64,000 nucleotides of DNA from Minisyncoccia bacterium. Its GTDB lineage: Bacteria > Patescibacteriota > Minisyncoccia > Phycocordibacterales > Phycocordibacteraceae. The position numbers and the translations under genes are program-made. A model generated the notes under the pieces. It saw only the letters and a program-made list of their open reading frames with translations, was not told the DNA's origin and made no database searches. Position 1 is the stretch's first letter; each line of letters begins with the position of its first letter. This document shows, one piece after another, positions 36,713-46,231 of the stretch. The stretch is taken from NCBI GenBank assembly GCA_038207395.1, contig JBBQZW010000002.1, positions 69,752 through 133,751 of the forward strand, in the 5' to 3' direction.

Positions 36713-38176
36713 CTAGCAAACGTGGTTTCTATCAAGTATTCTTTGTAACTCTTCCTCCTCCTTTTCTTCACGCTTCTTTTTTCCCGAGTCACCTAAATCT
36801 TTAAGCTCCTTGTCAGATAATGTAAGCAAATAGTTTGTTTTTTCGTCCAAGTATTCCTCATTATTTCGTGAAGACTCATCTAATACTTCTTCTAAAAGCG
36901 CGCTCAGAATCCAGCCAAGGCGTGGACCAGGTTCCACATGAAACTTATCCATAATTCTATTACCATCAGTTTTAAGCATTCCCACTGATATTGGATCGCG
37001 AAGAGCTTCTTCAACCATTGCTACGTACTTTCTAAAGCGAAAAGGTTGTTCTTTAGGCCGGCCTGTTCCAATACGGTCGCAAATACGTAAATTAAGCAGA
37101 TCCCATATATTCTCTTCCCCTACATTACGAATCATTCTACGAACAGCTGAAAGGGTAATTTGATCGGGATCAGAGAAGAACATATGCCATCTAACTAATT
37201 TCGTTACTTTTTCAATGGTTTCACGTGAAAACTTTAGTTCTTCAAGTGCCTTTTTTGTTACACGAGCACCAACAACTTCATGTCCGTGAAAGGTCCAATC
37301 ATTTTTTTCTGGTGACCACCGTCTAACCTCTGGCTTTGAGATGTCGTGAAATAGAGCAGAAAGGCGGGTATCAAAATCCCATCCTTTGTCAGCAGCGTGC
37401 TGCATTGAACGCATTAAGTGACCAAACACATCATAGCTATGGGCTTGGTTCTGTTCAATACCTATACCTTTCGTGAGGATAGGGGAAATGAATTCAAGAA
37501 GCCCTAATTGCTGACAGAGTAACAAGGCCATCATTGGCTGATTTGAGTTAAGTATACGTATAAATTCATCACGAATACGTTCCTTGGAGACGTGCTGCAA
37601 ATTAGACGCTCTTTTTTCTATTCCGGCAGCTGCCTCTGAATCAAGAGCAAAGCCTAGTTCTGCCACAAGTCGCACTGCCCTCATTAGGCGAAGTGCGTCC
37701 TCTTCAAATCTATCCTCAGCAACTCCAACGGTACGTAATACCTGCAACTCGATATCTTTTTGTCCTTTATAAGGATCTATTATTTGTCCTTTAGATTCAT
37801 TATAAGCAATAGCATTGATTGTAAAATCTCTACGCATTAAATCCTCCTCTAGGTTGTCCCCAAATGTTACTGCGTCAGGTCTGCGCTTATCGCTGTACTT
37901 GGTTTCAGTTCGATACGGGGTTACTTCAATAATCTTAAGAGTCTCATCATCTGTTTCACGTAGAACACCCACCGTTCCAAAGTCATTTGTATAGAATGAC
38001 TCAGGAAACACAGCTTGTATCTCTTCCGGAGTAGCGTTTGTAGTTATATCCCAGTCTTTGGGCTTTCTTCCAATAATCAGGTCTCGTACGCATCCACCAA
38101 CAAGATATGCTTCAAAGCCTGCTGAACGCAGTTTCTGAGAAACATCTTTAACTTCGTGAGGTACCTGGAATTCCAT
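36713..38176 (-). CDS. cca: CCA-adding tRNA nucleotidyltransferase with HD domain
   Basis: N-terminal GGCVRDLIIG...DWDITT pol-beta NTase motif. Central HD domain (HDISK). 487 aa. Confidence 0.8.
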   Translation of the reverse strand: MEFQVPHEVKDVSQKLRSAGFEAYLVGGCVRDLIIGRKPKDWDITTNATPEEIQAVFPESFYTNDFGTVGVLRETDDETLKIIEVTPYRTETKYSDKRRPDAVTFGDNLEEDLMRRDFTINAIAYNESKGQIIDPYKGQKDIELQVLRTVGVAEDRFEEDALRLMRAVRLVAELGFALDSEAAAGIEKRASNLQHVSKERIRDEFIRILNSNQPMMALLLCQQLGLLEFISPILTKGIGIEQNQAHSYDVFGHLMRSMQHAADKGWDFDTRLSALFHDISKPEVRRWSPEKNDWTFHGHEVVGARVTKKALEELKFSRETIEKVTKLVRWHMFFSDPDQITLSAVRRMIRNVGEENIWDLLNLRICDRIGTGRPKEQPFRFRKYVAMVEEALRDPISVGMLKTDGNRIMDKFHVEPGPRLGWILSALLEEVLDESSRNNEEYLDEKTNYLLTLSDKELKDLGDSGKKKREEKEEEELQRILDRNHVC

Positions 38177-38235
38177 TAGAAAAATAGTAGTACGGAGGTA
38201 GCCTTTCTCCTAGCCTGTAGTAAAGTAGTTTTATT

Positions 38236-38307
38236 GCTCCTGTGGTGAAATGGATATCACAACGGTCTTCGGAACCGTCGTTCCAGGTTCGAATCCTGGC
38301 GGGAGCA
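38236..38307 (+). tRNA. tRNA-Arg (anticodon TCG), CCA not encoded
   Basis: Manual fold: 7 bp acceptor GCTCCTG/CGGGAGC, D-arm GTGA/TCAC, anticodon stem ACGGT/ACCGT with loop CTTCGGA, T-arm CCAGG-TTCGAAT-CCTGG, discriminator A. Confidence 0.75.
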
Positions 38308-38399
38308 CACTTACAAAATGACCAGTAAGACTTTGGTTAGTTTATCGCCAATACGTACTGTATTGATGTGGGGGCAAGAGTGTGAGATTATATAGCCCA

Positions 38400-38473
38400 A
38401 GCGGATATGGTTTAGTGGTAAAATGCGTCCTTGCCAAGGACGAGTCGGGAGTTCGATTCTCCCTATCCGCACC
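38400..38473 (+). tRNA. tRNA-Gly (anticodon GCC), CCA encoded
   Basis: GCGGATA...anticodon loop TTGCCAA...GGGAGTTCGATTCTCCC...TATCCGC-A-CCA. The antisense ORF translating to GRIELPT is the usual T-arm artefact. Confidence 0.8.
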
Positions 38474-38479
38474 AATTGA

Positions 38480-38520
38480 ATACAAATGACGGCTCTCGCG
38501 CTGAGAGCCGTCATTTGTAT
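38480..38520 (+). terminator. 18 bp-stem hairpin terminator after tRNA-Gly
   Basis: ATACAAATGACGGCTCTC-GCGCT-GAGAGCCGTCATTTGTAT. Confidence 0.6.
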
Positions 38521-38642
38521 TACGGACGTGGTGGGGGACAGAATTGTGTATAACTGGGGATAAACCTGTTAGTAGTGGGGATAAAGGACAGTAACTTTTT
38601 CAGAAATAGTTTAGAAAGTTCTTAATATAACCTTATATATAC

Positions 38643-39053
38643 TTGTTATTGTTAAAGACGATGAATTTAGATAGTTATACACGTAAGGACATAGGTGATC
38701 TTGGAGAGCGCGTAGCTTGTGAATACCTTAGGCGGGCAGGTTTCACTATTAATAACCGTAATGTATCAGGAAAGATGGGAGAACTGGATATTGTCGCGGA
38801 AAAGGGGAATACTCTTCACTTTATTGAAGTGAAATCTTTAAAATGTAAATCTTTTCCAAATAAAGAACTTAATGAGGGATATCATCCAGCAAATAATCTT
38901 CATACGAAAAAAGTGCGAAAAGTAGTTCGTACTGCTGAATGGTTTGTTGCCTGTGCTAAATGGAAAGGGGTGTGGCAAGTAGATGCTGCGCTAGTATGGC
39001 TGCGTGATAGGGATGGGTTAGCTCGTGTAAGTTATTACCCACAGATTTTGTAG
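38643..39053 (+). CDS. yraN: YraN family (UPF0102) endonuclease
   Basis: GDLGERVACEYLRRAGFTI...GELDIVAEKGNTLHFIEVKS matches the YraN restriction-endonuclease-like fold signature. Confidence 0.7.
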   Translation: MLLLKTMNLDSYTRKDIGDLGERVACEYLRRAGFTINNRNVSGKMGELDIVAEKGNTLHFIEVKSLKCKSFPNKELNEGYHPANNLHTKKVRKVVRTAEWFVACAKWKGVWQVDAALVWLRDRDGLARVSYYPQIL

Positions 39054-39103
39054 GATAGACCGAATTTAAAAACCTGGTAGGATGAGCAAATCGAGCATCC
39101 AGT

Positions 39104-39174
39104 CGGGGCGTCGTATACCGGTAGTACGCATCCTTTGGGAGGATGATGACGGAGTTCAATTCTCCGCGCCCCGA
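39104..39174 (+). tRNA. tRNA-Pro (anticodon TGG), CCA not encoded
   Basis: Acceptor CGGGGCG/CGCCCCG, anticodon stem CATCC/GGATG with loop TTTGGGA, T-arm CGGAG-TTCAATT-CTCCG. Confidence 0.7.
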
Positions 39175-39192
39175 CTGGGTGTTTGATATCAA

Positions 39193-39263
39193 GCGGGATT
39201 AGTTTAATGGTAGAACTACAGTTTTCCAAACTGTTAGCAGGAGTTCGATTCTCCTATCCCGCA
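39193..39263 (+). tRNA. tRNA-Gly (anticodon TCC), CCA not encoded
   Basis: GCGGGAT...anticodon stem ACAGT/ACTGT with loop TTTCCAA...GGAGTTCGATTCTCC...ATCCCGC-A. Confidence 0.75.
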
Positions 39264-39339
39264 CACACATTAAGAATGCGAGCTAGAAATCTCTGCCAAT
39301 CAGATATGTGCGCGGTAAGGTGTTAGGATATAAGTATCT

Positions 39340-39573
39340 ATGAGTATGGAAGGAATGAAATTCCCGCAGTATCGAGGTCCTGAAAAAGAAAACGAGACTT
39401 CATCTATAATTGAACTCGAATCAATTCTTGCAGGGTTAAGACAAATGGGAGCTACCCCTACGAAAAATCCTATTAATGAGGATATGGTGGAGTTTCCTGA
39501 AGCTAATCGACTCGGTTCTGAAGATGAAAGAGCGTTACAGGAAGTAATTGCTCGTTTGCGATTGAATAAATAG
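39340..39573 (+). CDS. hypothetical small protein (77 aa)
   Basis: The opposite-strand alternative looks like low-complexity junk. Weak support overall. Confidence 0.25.
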   Translation: MSMEGMKFPQYRGPEKENETSSIIELESILAGLRQMGATPTKNPINEDMVEFPEANRLGSEDERALQEVIARLRLNK

Positions 39574-39690
39574 TTACTCAAGGCTTTAAAGAAGGTCATA
39601 ACCGGAGTCAGACCTTGTGTATGGGGCTATTTTAAGCTCCTCAGAGTGCTGTACGAACCTTAGTAAGTATTGCCACGAAAGGAGAAGACA

Positions 39691-40281
39691 CTAATGAATT
39701 TCTCGCTTTAACGAAGCAATTACTGATTCGGTGCGACGAATAGCTGTTTCAAGCTTATCCGCCTCACGTTTTTTATCTTCAAGTCGACGGTGCGCATGGT
39801 CTTCAAGATCTCTTGCTTCCCGTAGGGTTTGTTCGTGCTCACGTGTTTCCTGCTCCAATCTCCTCTCATGAGCTTTGAGAGTATCTTCAGCATCATGCTC
39901 CTTTCTCTTTGTTTCTTCGAGTTCACGCTCGAGAGTGCGTTCAGCTTCTTTTAGGAGATCGATATTTCGTTTAGAATCTCGGATTGCATTCTCCTCTTTA
40001 TTCTCAGCATCTGTAGTAGGGGAATTTCCATCCCGTTTTGCTGTACGAATGCGGCGCTCTAGTTCTGGTGTCTCAGCTTGAATAGCATGTAGTTCCAAAC
40101 TATCTCTACTTAAAGTCCGCTCCAAATCAGTAATTTTCCCCCTTACGGTCCGCTCGTGAAGTTCTTTCTCGGCTTTTTCGTGAAGTCGCTTACGTTCAAG
40201 GAATATTTCTTCATCGTGTTTACGATCTTCCTCGAGTCTTTTTGCGTCGTCGTGTAAAAATGGGCTTGGGGTACTCGCCAT
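39691..40281 (-). CDS. charged coiled-coil protein, hypothetical
   Basis: 196 aa dominated by E/R/K heptad-like repeats. Confidence 0.45.
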   Translation of the reverse strand: MASTPSPFLHDDAKRLEEDRKHDEEIFLERKRLHEKAEKELHERTVRGKITDLERTLSRDSLELHAIQAETPELERRIRTAKRDGNSPTTDAENKEENAIRDSKRNIDLLKEAERTLERELEETKRKEHDAEDTLKAHERRLEQETREHEQTLREARDLEDHAHRRLEDKKREADKLETAIRRTESVIASLKREIH

Positions 40282-40293
40282 AGTAGTTCGTCT

Positions 40294-40515
40294 CTAGCTA
40301 GTCGCTACGGGGAGCGATTCAAATGTTGTGTGAAAGTCCGCCATCCACCTATCATTTACTTCTTTCGGGTTATTTTTGATGTTCTCTGCAATTTCAGGAT
40401 GCTCTGTGCCAAGATGCACCCATGCCTGGTGAATCATGTCTTCCGATGTTTCAGATTTAAATTCAGTGGTGCATGTTGCTGGACCTCCAATAACTGAGCA
40501 GGAAAGGATTTTCAT
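40294..40515 (-). CDS. DUF1059-like small protein
   Basis: MKILSCSVIGGPATCTTEFKSETSEDMIHQAWVHLGTEHPE fits the DUF1059 pattern (M.f.C...C.f.....eee.....H...H). The start is the internal Met. The upstream ORF extension overlaps the HU terminator. Confidence 0.5.
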   Translation of the reverse strand: MKILSCSVIGGPATCTTEFKSETSEDMIHQAWVHLGTEHPEIAENIKNNPKEVNDRWMADFHTTFESLPVATS

Positions 40516-40582
40516 ATCAGTATTTGTTTGCTTTAGTATGTACACAGTATAGCTCGGGATAGTTATATGTATGAGATAGATA

Positions 40583-40615
40583 GCATAAAGGCCCCGCAAA
40601 GCGGGGCCTTTATGC
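40583..40615 (-). terminator. 15 bp-stem terminator of the HU gene
   Basis: GCATAAAGGCCCCGC-AAA-GCGGGGCCTTTATGC. Confidence 0.6.
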
Positions 40616-40631
40616 TATAAGAAATAGTTAA

Positions 40632-40904
40632 TTACTTAACTGAATCCTTGAGCGCCTTAGCTGCACGGAACTTCGGAGTTCGTGTTGCTGCAATCTGAAT
40701 AGTCTCTCCAGTGCGAGGGTTGCGGCCAGTACGAGCTGGACGAGCCTTTGCACTAAAGATTCCGAGACCTGCGATTGATACCTCGTCGCCAGCTTTAAGG
40801 CCATCAACGATGCATGAGATCATGGTCTCGACAGCGCGGTCTGCGTCAGCTTTAGTGCCGCCGAGGACGTCTTGCACTTTCGTTACGATATCTACTTTAT
40901 TCAT
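40632..40904 (-). CDS. HU family DNA-binding protein
   Basis: MNKVDIVTKVQDVLGGTKADADRAVETMISCIVDGLKAGDEVSIAGLGIFSAKARPARTGRNPRTGETIQI is the HU/IHF consensus, including the beta-arm GRNPRTGE. Confidence 0.85.
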   Translation of the reverse strand: MNKVDIVTKVQDVLGGTKADADRAVETMISCIVDGLKAGDEVSIAGLGIFSAKARPARTGRNPRTGETIQIAATRTPKFRAAKALKDSVK

Positions 40905-41079
40905 AGAGTAGTGAGATTGATTAGGGATAAATCCCCACGGGGAGGACTATGCTAAAAAGTATAGGAAATGCGCCATATTTTGCAATAGCTACATAATTGA
41001 AGAGGGGATAGCGAAAATTGATTGACATTCCCTCTAAACACATGCAATATTTTATTTAGAAAGAGCACAGGAGGAATCA

Positions 41080-41370
41080 ATGATTCATATTTTTGCTGAA
41101 ATAACCTCATTCTTATCGTTTCTGTCCGCATTATTGTTTTTTAAATGGCTGTGTTTACGTATTGGTCGAAAACCAAGCCATGGCGACAGTGCATTTTCTT
41201 TGTACTTTGCATTTACCATTATGTTTTTCGTGCTCGGCATCTTTCAAATAACGAGTCCTGATGAATTCTGGTCTTGGTATCTCAATGTCTTTTTGGCCAT
41301 GTTCTTTGCTTTGTTCTTTTTCGCAATTCTAGATATTAAGCGTTTGATTCGAAAAATGCAGAGTGCTTAA
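41080..41370 (+). CDS. small membrane protein, hypothetical
   Basis: 96 aa with three hydrophobic helices. TTGACA-like promoter upstream. Confidence 0.35.
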   Translation: MIHIFAEITSFLSFLSALLFFKWLCLRIGRKPSHGDSAFSLYFAFTIMFFVLGIFQITSPDEFWSWYLNVFLAMFFALFFFAILDIKRLIRKMQSA

Positions 41371-41427
41371 TAGTGAGAACACCCCTTTAATTTACGTTAG
41401 AGGGGTGTTTTACAACACTCTTTTCAC

Positions 41428-42936
41428 TTATCGCGCAAACTCAACAACTCGATTCTCGCGAATCACATTTACCTTAATTTCTCCGGGATATTTTAATTCT
41501 TCCTGGATACGAAGGGCAATTTTACGTGCAAGTGCGTGCGCTTCAAGGTCAGAAACTTTTCCAGGGTTAACAAATATGCGAATTTCACGTCCCGCAGATA
41601 TCGCGTATGCCTTTTCGACACCCGGGAAGCTCATCGCAACACGTTCAAGTTCTTCAAGACGCTCAAGGTAGCGTTCTACGGTATCGCGGCGAGCGCCAGG
41701 ACGTCCTGCGGACACAGCGTCAGCAATCTGTACAATGATTGATTCGGGCGTTTCATACTCATATTCTTCGTGGTGAGACTGCATTGCCTGTATGACACGG
41801 GTATCAACACCAAATTTTTCAAGAATACGACGACCGATTTCTACATGAGTTCCTGCAACTTCATGATCAACAGCCTTTCCGATGTCATGGAGAAGAGCTC
41901 CGGCACGCGCTATCTCAGGATTTGCACCTAGCTCTTCAGCAAGCATGCCTGCTATGTGTGCCATTTCAATAGAATGGGTAAGTACATTCTGTCCGTAGCT
42001 CGTACGGAAATGAAGACGGCCAAGGAGAGCAACAAGTTTCGGGTCTAAACCAACCACACCAGCTTCATACGAAGCTTCTTGACCCTTCTCTTTCATGAGG
42101 GTTTCTGCCTGACTTCGTACCTTTTGTACCGTTTCCTCAATTTTTGCAGGCTGGATACGTCCATCTTCAATAAGTGAATCAAGTGATATTTTTGCGATAT
42201 GGCGACGGAGCGGATCAAAAGAAGATAGCGTAATGGTGTTAGGGGATTCGTCGATAATTAGATCGACGCCGGTTGCGCGCTCAAACGCTTTTATATTACG
42301 TCCGTCTTTTCCAATGATTTTTCCTTTAATCTCTTCAGAAGGAATAGGAACAGAGAGTGCCATTATTTCCGCATTTACCGGATTTGAAAGACGATGAATA
42401 GTTGTGAGAAGAATTGAACGCGCTTTATCTTCAAGTTGCTTACGTCCGTTTGCCTCTAACTTCTGGATGCGAGCAAGAAGTGCAGATTCTTGAGCTCTCT
42501 CCACTTCGTCCATGAGACCCTTCTTTGCTTCAGCTTCTGAGAAATTTGCGATCCGAGCGAGTTCAGCTTGACGCTCCTTTAATACTGCCTCTGACTCGGT
42601 TCGAAGTTTAAGCGCAATATCTTCTCGAGCAGCCAGAGAAAGTTCTCGTTCATCAAGAAATTCTTCTCGCTTCAAAATACGAGCAGTCATACGTTCGAGA
42701 CGACTCTCTCGTTCACGAAGTGGAGCGGAGCGAGTAAGTTCAACTTCCTCAGCTTCGCGCTCTGCGTCTTTAACAATTCGACTCGCACGTTCACGCGCAT
42801 CCAAAAGTTTTTGTTTCACTTCAATTTCCAAAGAACCGCGCTGGCCGAGCGCGATAAGAAGGCGAAGGATATATCCAAGAGCAATGCCGCTAAGGCCCGA
42901 AAGGGCAAGGAGTATAAGAACGAGTTGAATAGACAT
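41428..42936 (-). CDS. rny: ribonuclease Y
   Basis: N-terminal TM, coiled-coil, KH domain (IIGKDGRNIKAFERATGVDLII), HD domain (LLHDIGK). 502 aa. Confidence 0.85.
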   Translation of the reverse strand: MSIQLVLILLALSGLSGIALGYILRLLIALGQRGSLEIEVKQKLLDARERASRIVKDAEREAEEVELTRSAPLRERESRLERMTARILKREEFLDERELSLAAREDIALKLRTESEAVLKERQAELARIANFSEAEAKKGLMDEVERAQESALLARIQKLEANGRKQLEDKARSILLTTIHRLSNPVNAEIMALSVPIPSEEIKGKIIGKDGRNIKAFERATGVDLIIDESPNTITLSSFDPLRRHIAKISLDSLIEDGRIQPAKIEETVQKVRSQAETLMKEKGQEASYEAGVVGLDPKLVALLGRLHFRTSYGQNVLTHSIEMAHIAGMLAEELGANPEIARAGALLHDIGKAVDHEVAGTHVEIGRRILEKFGVDTRVIQAMQSHHEEYEYETPESIIVQIADAVSAGRPGARRDTVERYLERLEELERVAMSFPGVEKAYAISAGREIRIFVNPGKVSDLEAHALARKIALRIQEELKYPGEIKVNVIRENRVVEFAR

Positions 42937-43053
42937 ATATAAGGTAGGGTCGATGACCTGCGCACCGTACCATATTTAGGAGCAGGGGTATAGTAAGCGC
43001 ATAAAAAAGGAGGAGCCGCGTAGCGGCTCCTCCTTTTTGACACAAATTACCTC

Positions 43054-43656
43054 CTACTTATATACCTGGTCGATAATTCCGTATTTCTTAGCCTCGTCTG
43101 CGGTTAGGAAGAAATCACGATCAACATCATGCTCAATTTTTGAAAGCGGTTGTCCTGACGTCTTTGCAAGAATTTTGTTTAGTCGATCACGCAGTGACAA
43201 AATACGCTTCGCACTAATCTCAATATCGCTCGCTTGGCCCTCTGCTCCACCATGTGGTTGGTGAATCATGATGTCTGCATTAGGAAGTGCAAATCGTTTT
43301 CCTTTAGCACCCGAAGCAAGAATGATTGAACCCATCGATGCTGCCATACCAACTGCCACAGTCGCCACATCTGGTTTTATGTGATTCATAGCATCAACGA
43401 TTGCGAGTCCAGAATGAACGTGCCCTCCGGGAGAGTTCACATAAAGGAATATGTCTTTCTTTGGATCTTCTGACTCAAGGAAGAGGAGTTGAGAAATAAT
43501 GAGGTTCGCAACTTCGTCATCAATCCCTCCACCAAGGAAGACAATTCTATCTTTGAGGAGGCGTGAATAAATATCGTAGCCGCGTTCACCGAACTGAGTC
43601 TTTTCTACAACCATAGGAACGAGGGTGTTTGCACGCGGAGGAAGTGATCTAGTCAT
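43054..43656 (-). CDS. clpP: ATP-dependent Clp protease proteolytic subunit
   Basis: [52 protein letters not shown]. Catalytic Ser (GMAASMG), His and Asp are present. Confidence 0.9.
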   Translation of the reverse strand: MTRSLPPRANTLVPMVVEKTQFGERGYDIYSRLLKDRIVFLGGGIDDEVANLIISQLLFLESEDPKKDIFLYVNSPGGHVHSGLAIVDAMNHIKPDVATVAVGMAASMGSIILASGAKGKRFALPNADIMIHQPHGGAEGQASDIEISAKRILSLRDRLNKILAKTSGQPLSKIEHDVDRDFFLTADEAKKYGIIDQVYK

Positions 43657-43730
43657 ATTAAAAGGTTAGAAGGTAATGATACCAAAATGGCGTATTGGTG
43701 GCGAACGGTAAGAATTACTAGTACCAACTC

Positions 43731-43886
43731 CTAGTTCTTAATTGTTGAGGTTGCGGTAGATTGTTCCACAGGCTGATACCGCTTGTTGAAGCTGTAGAAC
43801 GCACCGCTAACAATAATACTTAGAATGAGAGCGAGACCGATAAATAGGCCCCAAGGAGTCTTTGATTTCGGCTGGGTAGGTTCCAT
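43731..43886 (-). CDS. small single-TM protein (51 aa), hypothetical
   Basis: MEPTQPKSKTPWGLFIGLALILSIIVSGAFYSFNKRYQPVEQSTATSTIKN. Fills the clpP-ppa gap. Below the ORF-track cutoff. Confidence 0.25.
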   Translation of the reverse strand: MEPTQPKSKTPWGLFIGLALILSIIVSGAFYSFNKRYQPVEQSTATSTIKN

Positions 43887-44011
43887 ATAGTTCTTAGTAT
43901 ATCTGCCGGCCGGCTTTCGTGAAACTTAGTAGTGAGTAATCGAAATCTAAAAACTCCCCGGGGCTAAGTGCCTCGGAGAGTTTTTAGATGTTCTTTAGTT
44001 TTTCTTCAGAA

Positions 44012-44536
44012 CTATTTTATCTTCTCTTCAGAATACAGTTTCACAGCGCGTTCGAATGCTGCCTTTGCGGCTACGGAGTCTTCGAATTCTCCAACCTCCA
44101 CAACCTTATTCTGAAGCTGCTTGTACGTTGCAAAGAAATGTTTTATTTCTCTAAGCGTATGAGCATTTACGTCCTTAATGTCTTTTACGTCCTTGAAGCG
44201 AGGATCGCCTGCAGGAACGGCAATAACTTTTTCGTCAGCCTCACCTGCATCAATCATGTGCATAATTCCAACAGCGCGAGCCTCAACCAACACTCCAGGG
44301 AAGAGAGGTTCGGTTGTTAGGAGTACCACATCAAGTGCATCACCGTCATCCCACAATGTCTGTGGAACAAAACCATAGTCAAAAGGATATGCCTGTGCCG
44401 TATGGTTCACTCGGTCGAGTTTAATGATCCCTGTCTCTTTATCAATCTCATATTTATTCTTTACTCCGCGTGGAATTTCGATGATGACGTTCATCATCTC
44501 TGTGGAACCAGCGGGAACGTCGTGTAGAAGGTTCAT
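44012..44536 (-). CDS. ppa: inorganic pyrophosphatase
   Basis: EIPRGVKNKYEIDKETG...DGDALDVVLL family I PPase motifs. Confidence 0.85.
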   Translation of the reverse strand: MNLLHDVPAGSTEMMNVIIEIPRGVKNKYEIDKETGIIKLDRVNHTAQAYPFDYGFVPQTLWDDGDALDVVLLTTEPLFPGVLVEARAVGIMHMIDAGEADEKVIAVPAGDPRFKDVKDIKDVNAHTLREIKHFFATYKQLQNKVVEVGEFEDSVAAKAAFERAVKLYSEEKIK

Positions 44537-44562
44537 AGGGTAGAAGTTACTGTTTCACGCGC

Positions 44563-46008
44563 TTATGACTGATCAGCTTTGTCCGCAAGATTGTCGCGGT
44601 CATCACTATTTTCAGACGTCCCGTTATCACTAAGGTTAACCTCGTCTTCTACCGTAAGAGAGCCAGTATTCTCAGAAGCAATTTCTTCTGAGGTGATAAT
44701 CACTTCTGTTTCACTACCCTGAAGACCTGCCTCTAGAGAAGGAGCTTCTTCAGCTGCAATCTCCTGTGCTTCAAGATCTGCTTCAGCTGCAGTAACAGCT
44801 TCGTCTGAAGCTTTCGCATCGAAGGAGATTTCATCGTTCTCTGATCCTCCAACATTTGCTCCACCCGTTGACTCAATGTCGATGTTCCAGCCTGTGAGTT
44901 TTGCGGCAAGACGAACGTTCTGCCCTCCACGGCCGATGGCGAGTGACTGCTGGTCTTCGCTCACGGTTACTTTCGCGCGATGGTCTGCATCGTTAAGTTC
45001 AACCTCAATTACGGTTGCAGGGTTGAGCGCTTCTTTGATGTAATTAACCTGATCATCTGACCACTCAATAATGTCGATGCGCTCACCGCCGAGTTCACCC
45101 ATAACGGTGGACACACGCACGCCGCGCTGACCGACGAGTGCGCCAACAGGATCAACATGCGGATCGATAGAAGCGATCGCAATTTTTGTACGACTTCCTG
45201 CTTCACGCGCGAGCCCCTTCACCTCAAGTGAACCGCTTGCGAGCTCAGGTACCTCAGCTTCAAAAAGCTTGATGAGGAATTTTGGATGCGAACGTGAGAG
45301 ACGAAGATATACTCCACGGAATCCCTCGTCTACCGTATAAAGGAATGCACGAATACGTTCACCGGCGCGGAAGCGCTCTCCAGGAATTTGTTCTTCGTAC
45401 GGAATGATTCCTGTCGCGCGTCCAAGGTCGACGAAGATTGCTCCGCGTTCCATGCGCTGCACGATACCGGAAACGATTTCACCTTTCTTGTGTCCGAATT
45501 CTTCAAGAATCGAAAGCTTCTCTGCTTCGCGGATTTTCTGGATAACAACCTGCTTTGCCGTCTGTGCGGCAATACGTCCGAAATCATCTTGAGGTTCAAG
45601 AGGGAAGATAAGTTCTCCTCCAAGCGCAGCCGCACGCATGATACGTTTTGCGTCTTCAAGAAGAATATGTTTCTCTGCGTCGAAGCGAGGGAGCTCTCCC
45701 TCAGCGACTACTTCCTCAGCTTCGTTCTGGAAGTACGTTCGGGTTCGGTCTTGATCAACCTCTTCCGCAACTTCTTCTTCAGAAACGAAACGAACCATAG
45801 TGTCGTCCACAATGGTTTTTACTTGTTCAAAGGAAACACCACCAGAATTCATATCGAGTTTTGCTCGAACGACCTGGCCGCGCTTTCCGTATTCTTTTTT
45901 ATATGCCGTCGCCATCGCTGATTCGATAGCCTCCATCATCGTTTCACGAGTGATGCCTCGGTCTTCAAATTCTCCCAGAACTGAATGAATGGTTTTAAGG
46001 TCCAACAT
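44563..46008 (-). CDS. nusA: transcription termination/antitermination factor NusA (with long acidic C-terminal tail)
   Basis: NusA N-terminal domain, S1 and two KH domains (GQRGVRVSTVMGELGGERIDIIEWS). Start at the internal Met (MLDLKTIHS). Confidence 0.85.
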   Translation of the reverse strand: MLDLKTIHSVLGEFEDRGITRETMMEAIESAMATAYKKEYGKRGQVVRAKLDMNSGGVSFEQVKTIVDDTMVRFVSEEEVAEEVDQDRTRTYFQNEAEEVVAEGELPRFDAEKHILLEDAKRIMRAAALGGELIFPLEPQDDFGRIAAQTAKQVVIQKIREAEKLSILEEFGHKKGEIVSGIVQRMERGAIFVDLGRATGIIPYEEQIPGERFRAGERIRAFLYTVDEGFRGVYLRLSRSHPKFLIKLFEAEVPELASGSLEVKGLAREAGSRTKIAIASIDPHVDPVGALVGQRGVRVSTVMGELGGERIDIIEWSDDQVNYIKEALNPATVIEVELNDADHRAKVTVSEDQQSLAIGRGGQNVRLAAKLTGWNIDIESTGGANVGGSENDEISFDAKASDEAVTAAEADLEAQEIAAEEAPSLEAGLQGSETEVIITSEEIASENTGSLTVEDEVNLSDNGTSENSDDRDNLADKADQS

Positions 46009-46231
46009 AGGTTCAATATTTAGTTTTGTGCACGCAAATAATTTTTTTGTGTAAGCTGTCTCTCGCACATTTATATAAAATGCCCGCGGGTGCGGACATT
46101 TCAGACCTTAAAAACATACCATAAATAGGGAGGTGTGGTCAATAAGACCAGCACAGCAGAAGTACCATCTCTTTTTTGTTCCCCCTATTCACGCAGACGC
46201 TTTTGCAATGCTTCGGTATACTGTAAGAAGC

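Noticed and set aside
38311-38514. 67 aa minus-strand ORF translating to ...GRIELPTRPWQGRILPLNH
   Set aside because: This is the classic antisense translation of a tRNA T-arm and acceptor. The region is tRNA-Gly(GCC) plus its terminator.
38956-39229. Two minus-strand ORFs (78 and 64 aa) over the Pro/Gly tRNA pair
   Set aside because: They overlap tRNA-Pro and tRNA-Gly(TCC). The GARRIELRHHPP translation is a tRNA antisense artefact.
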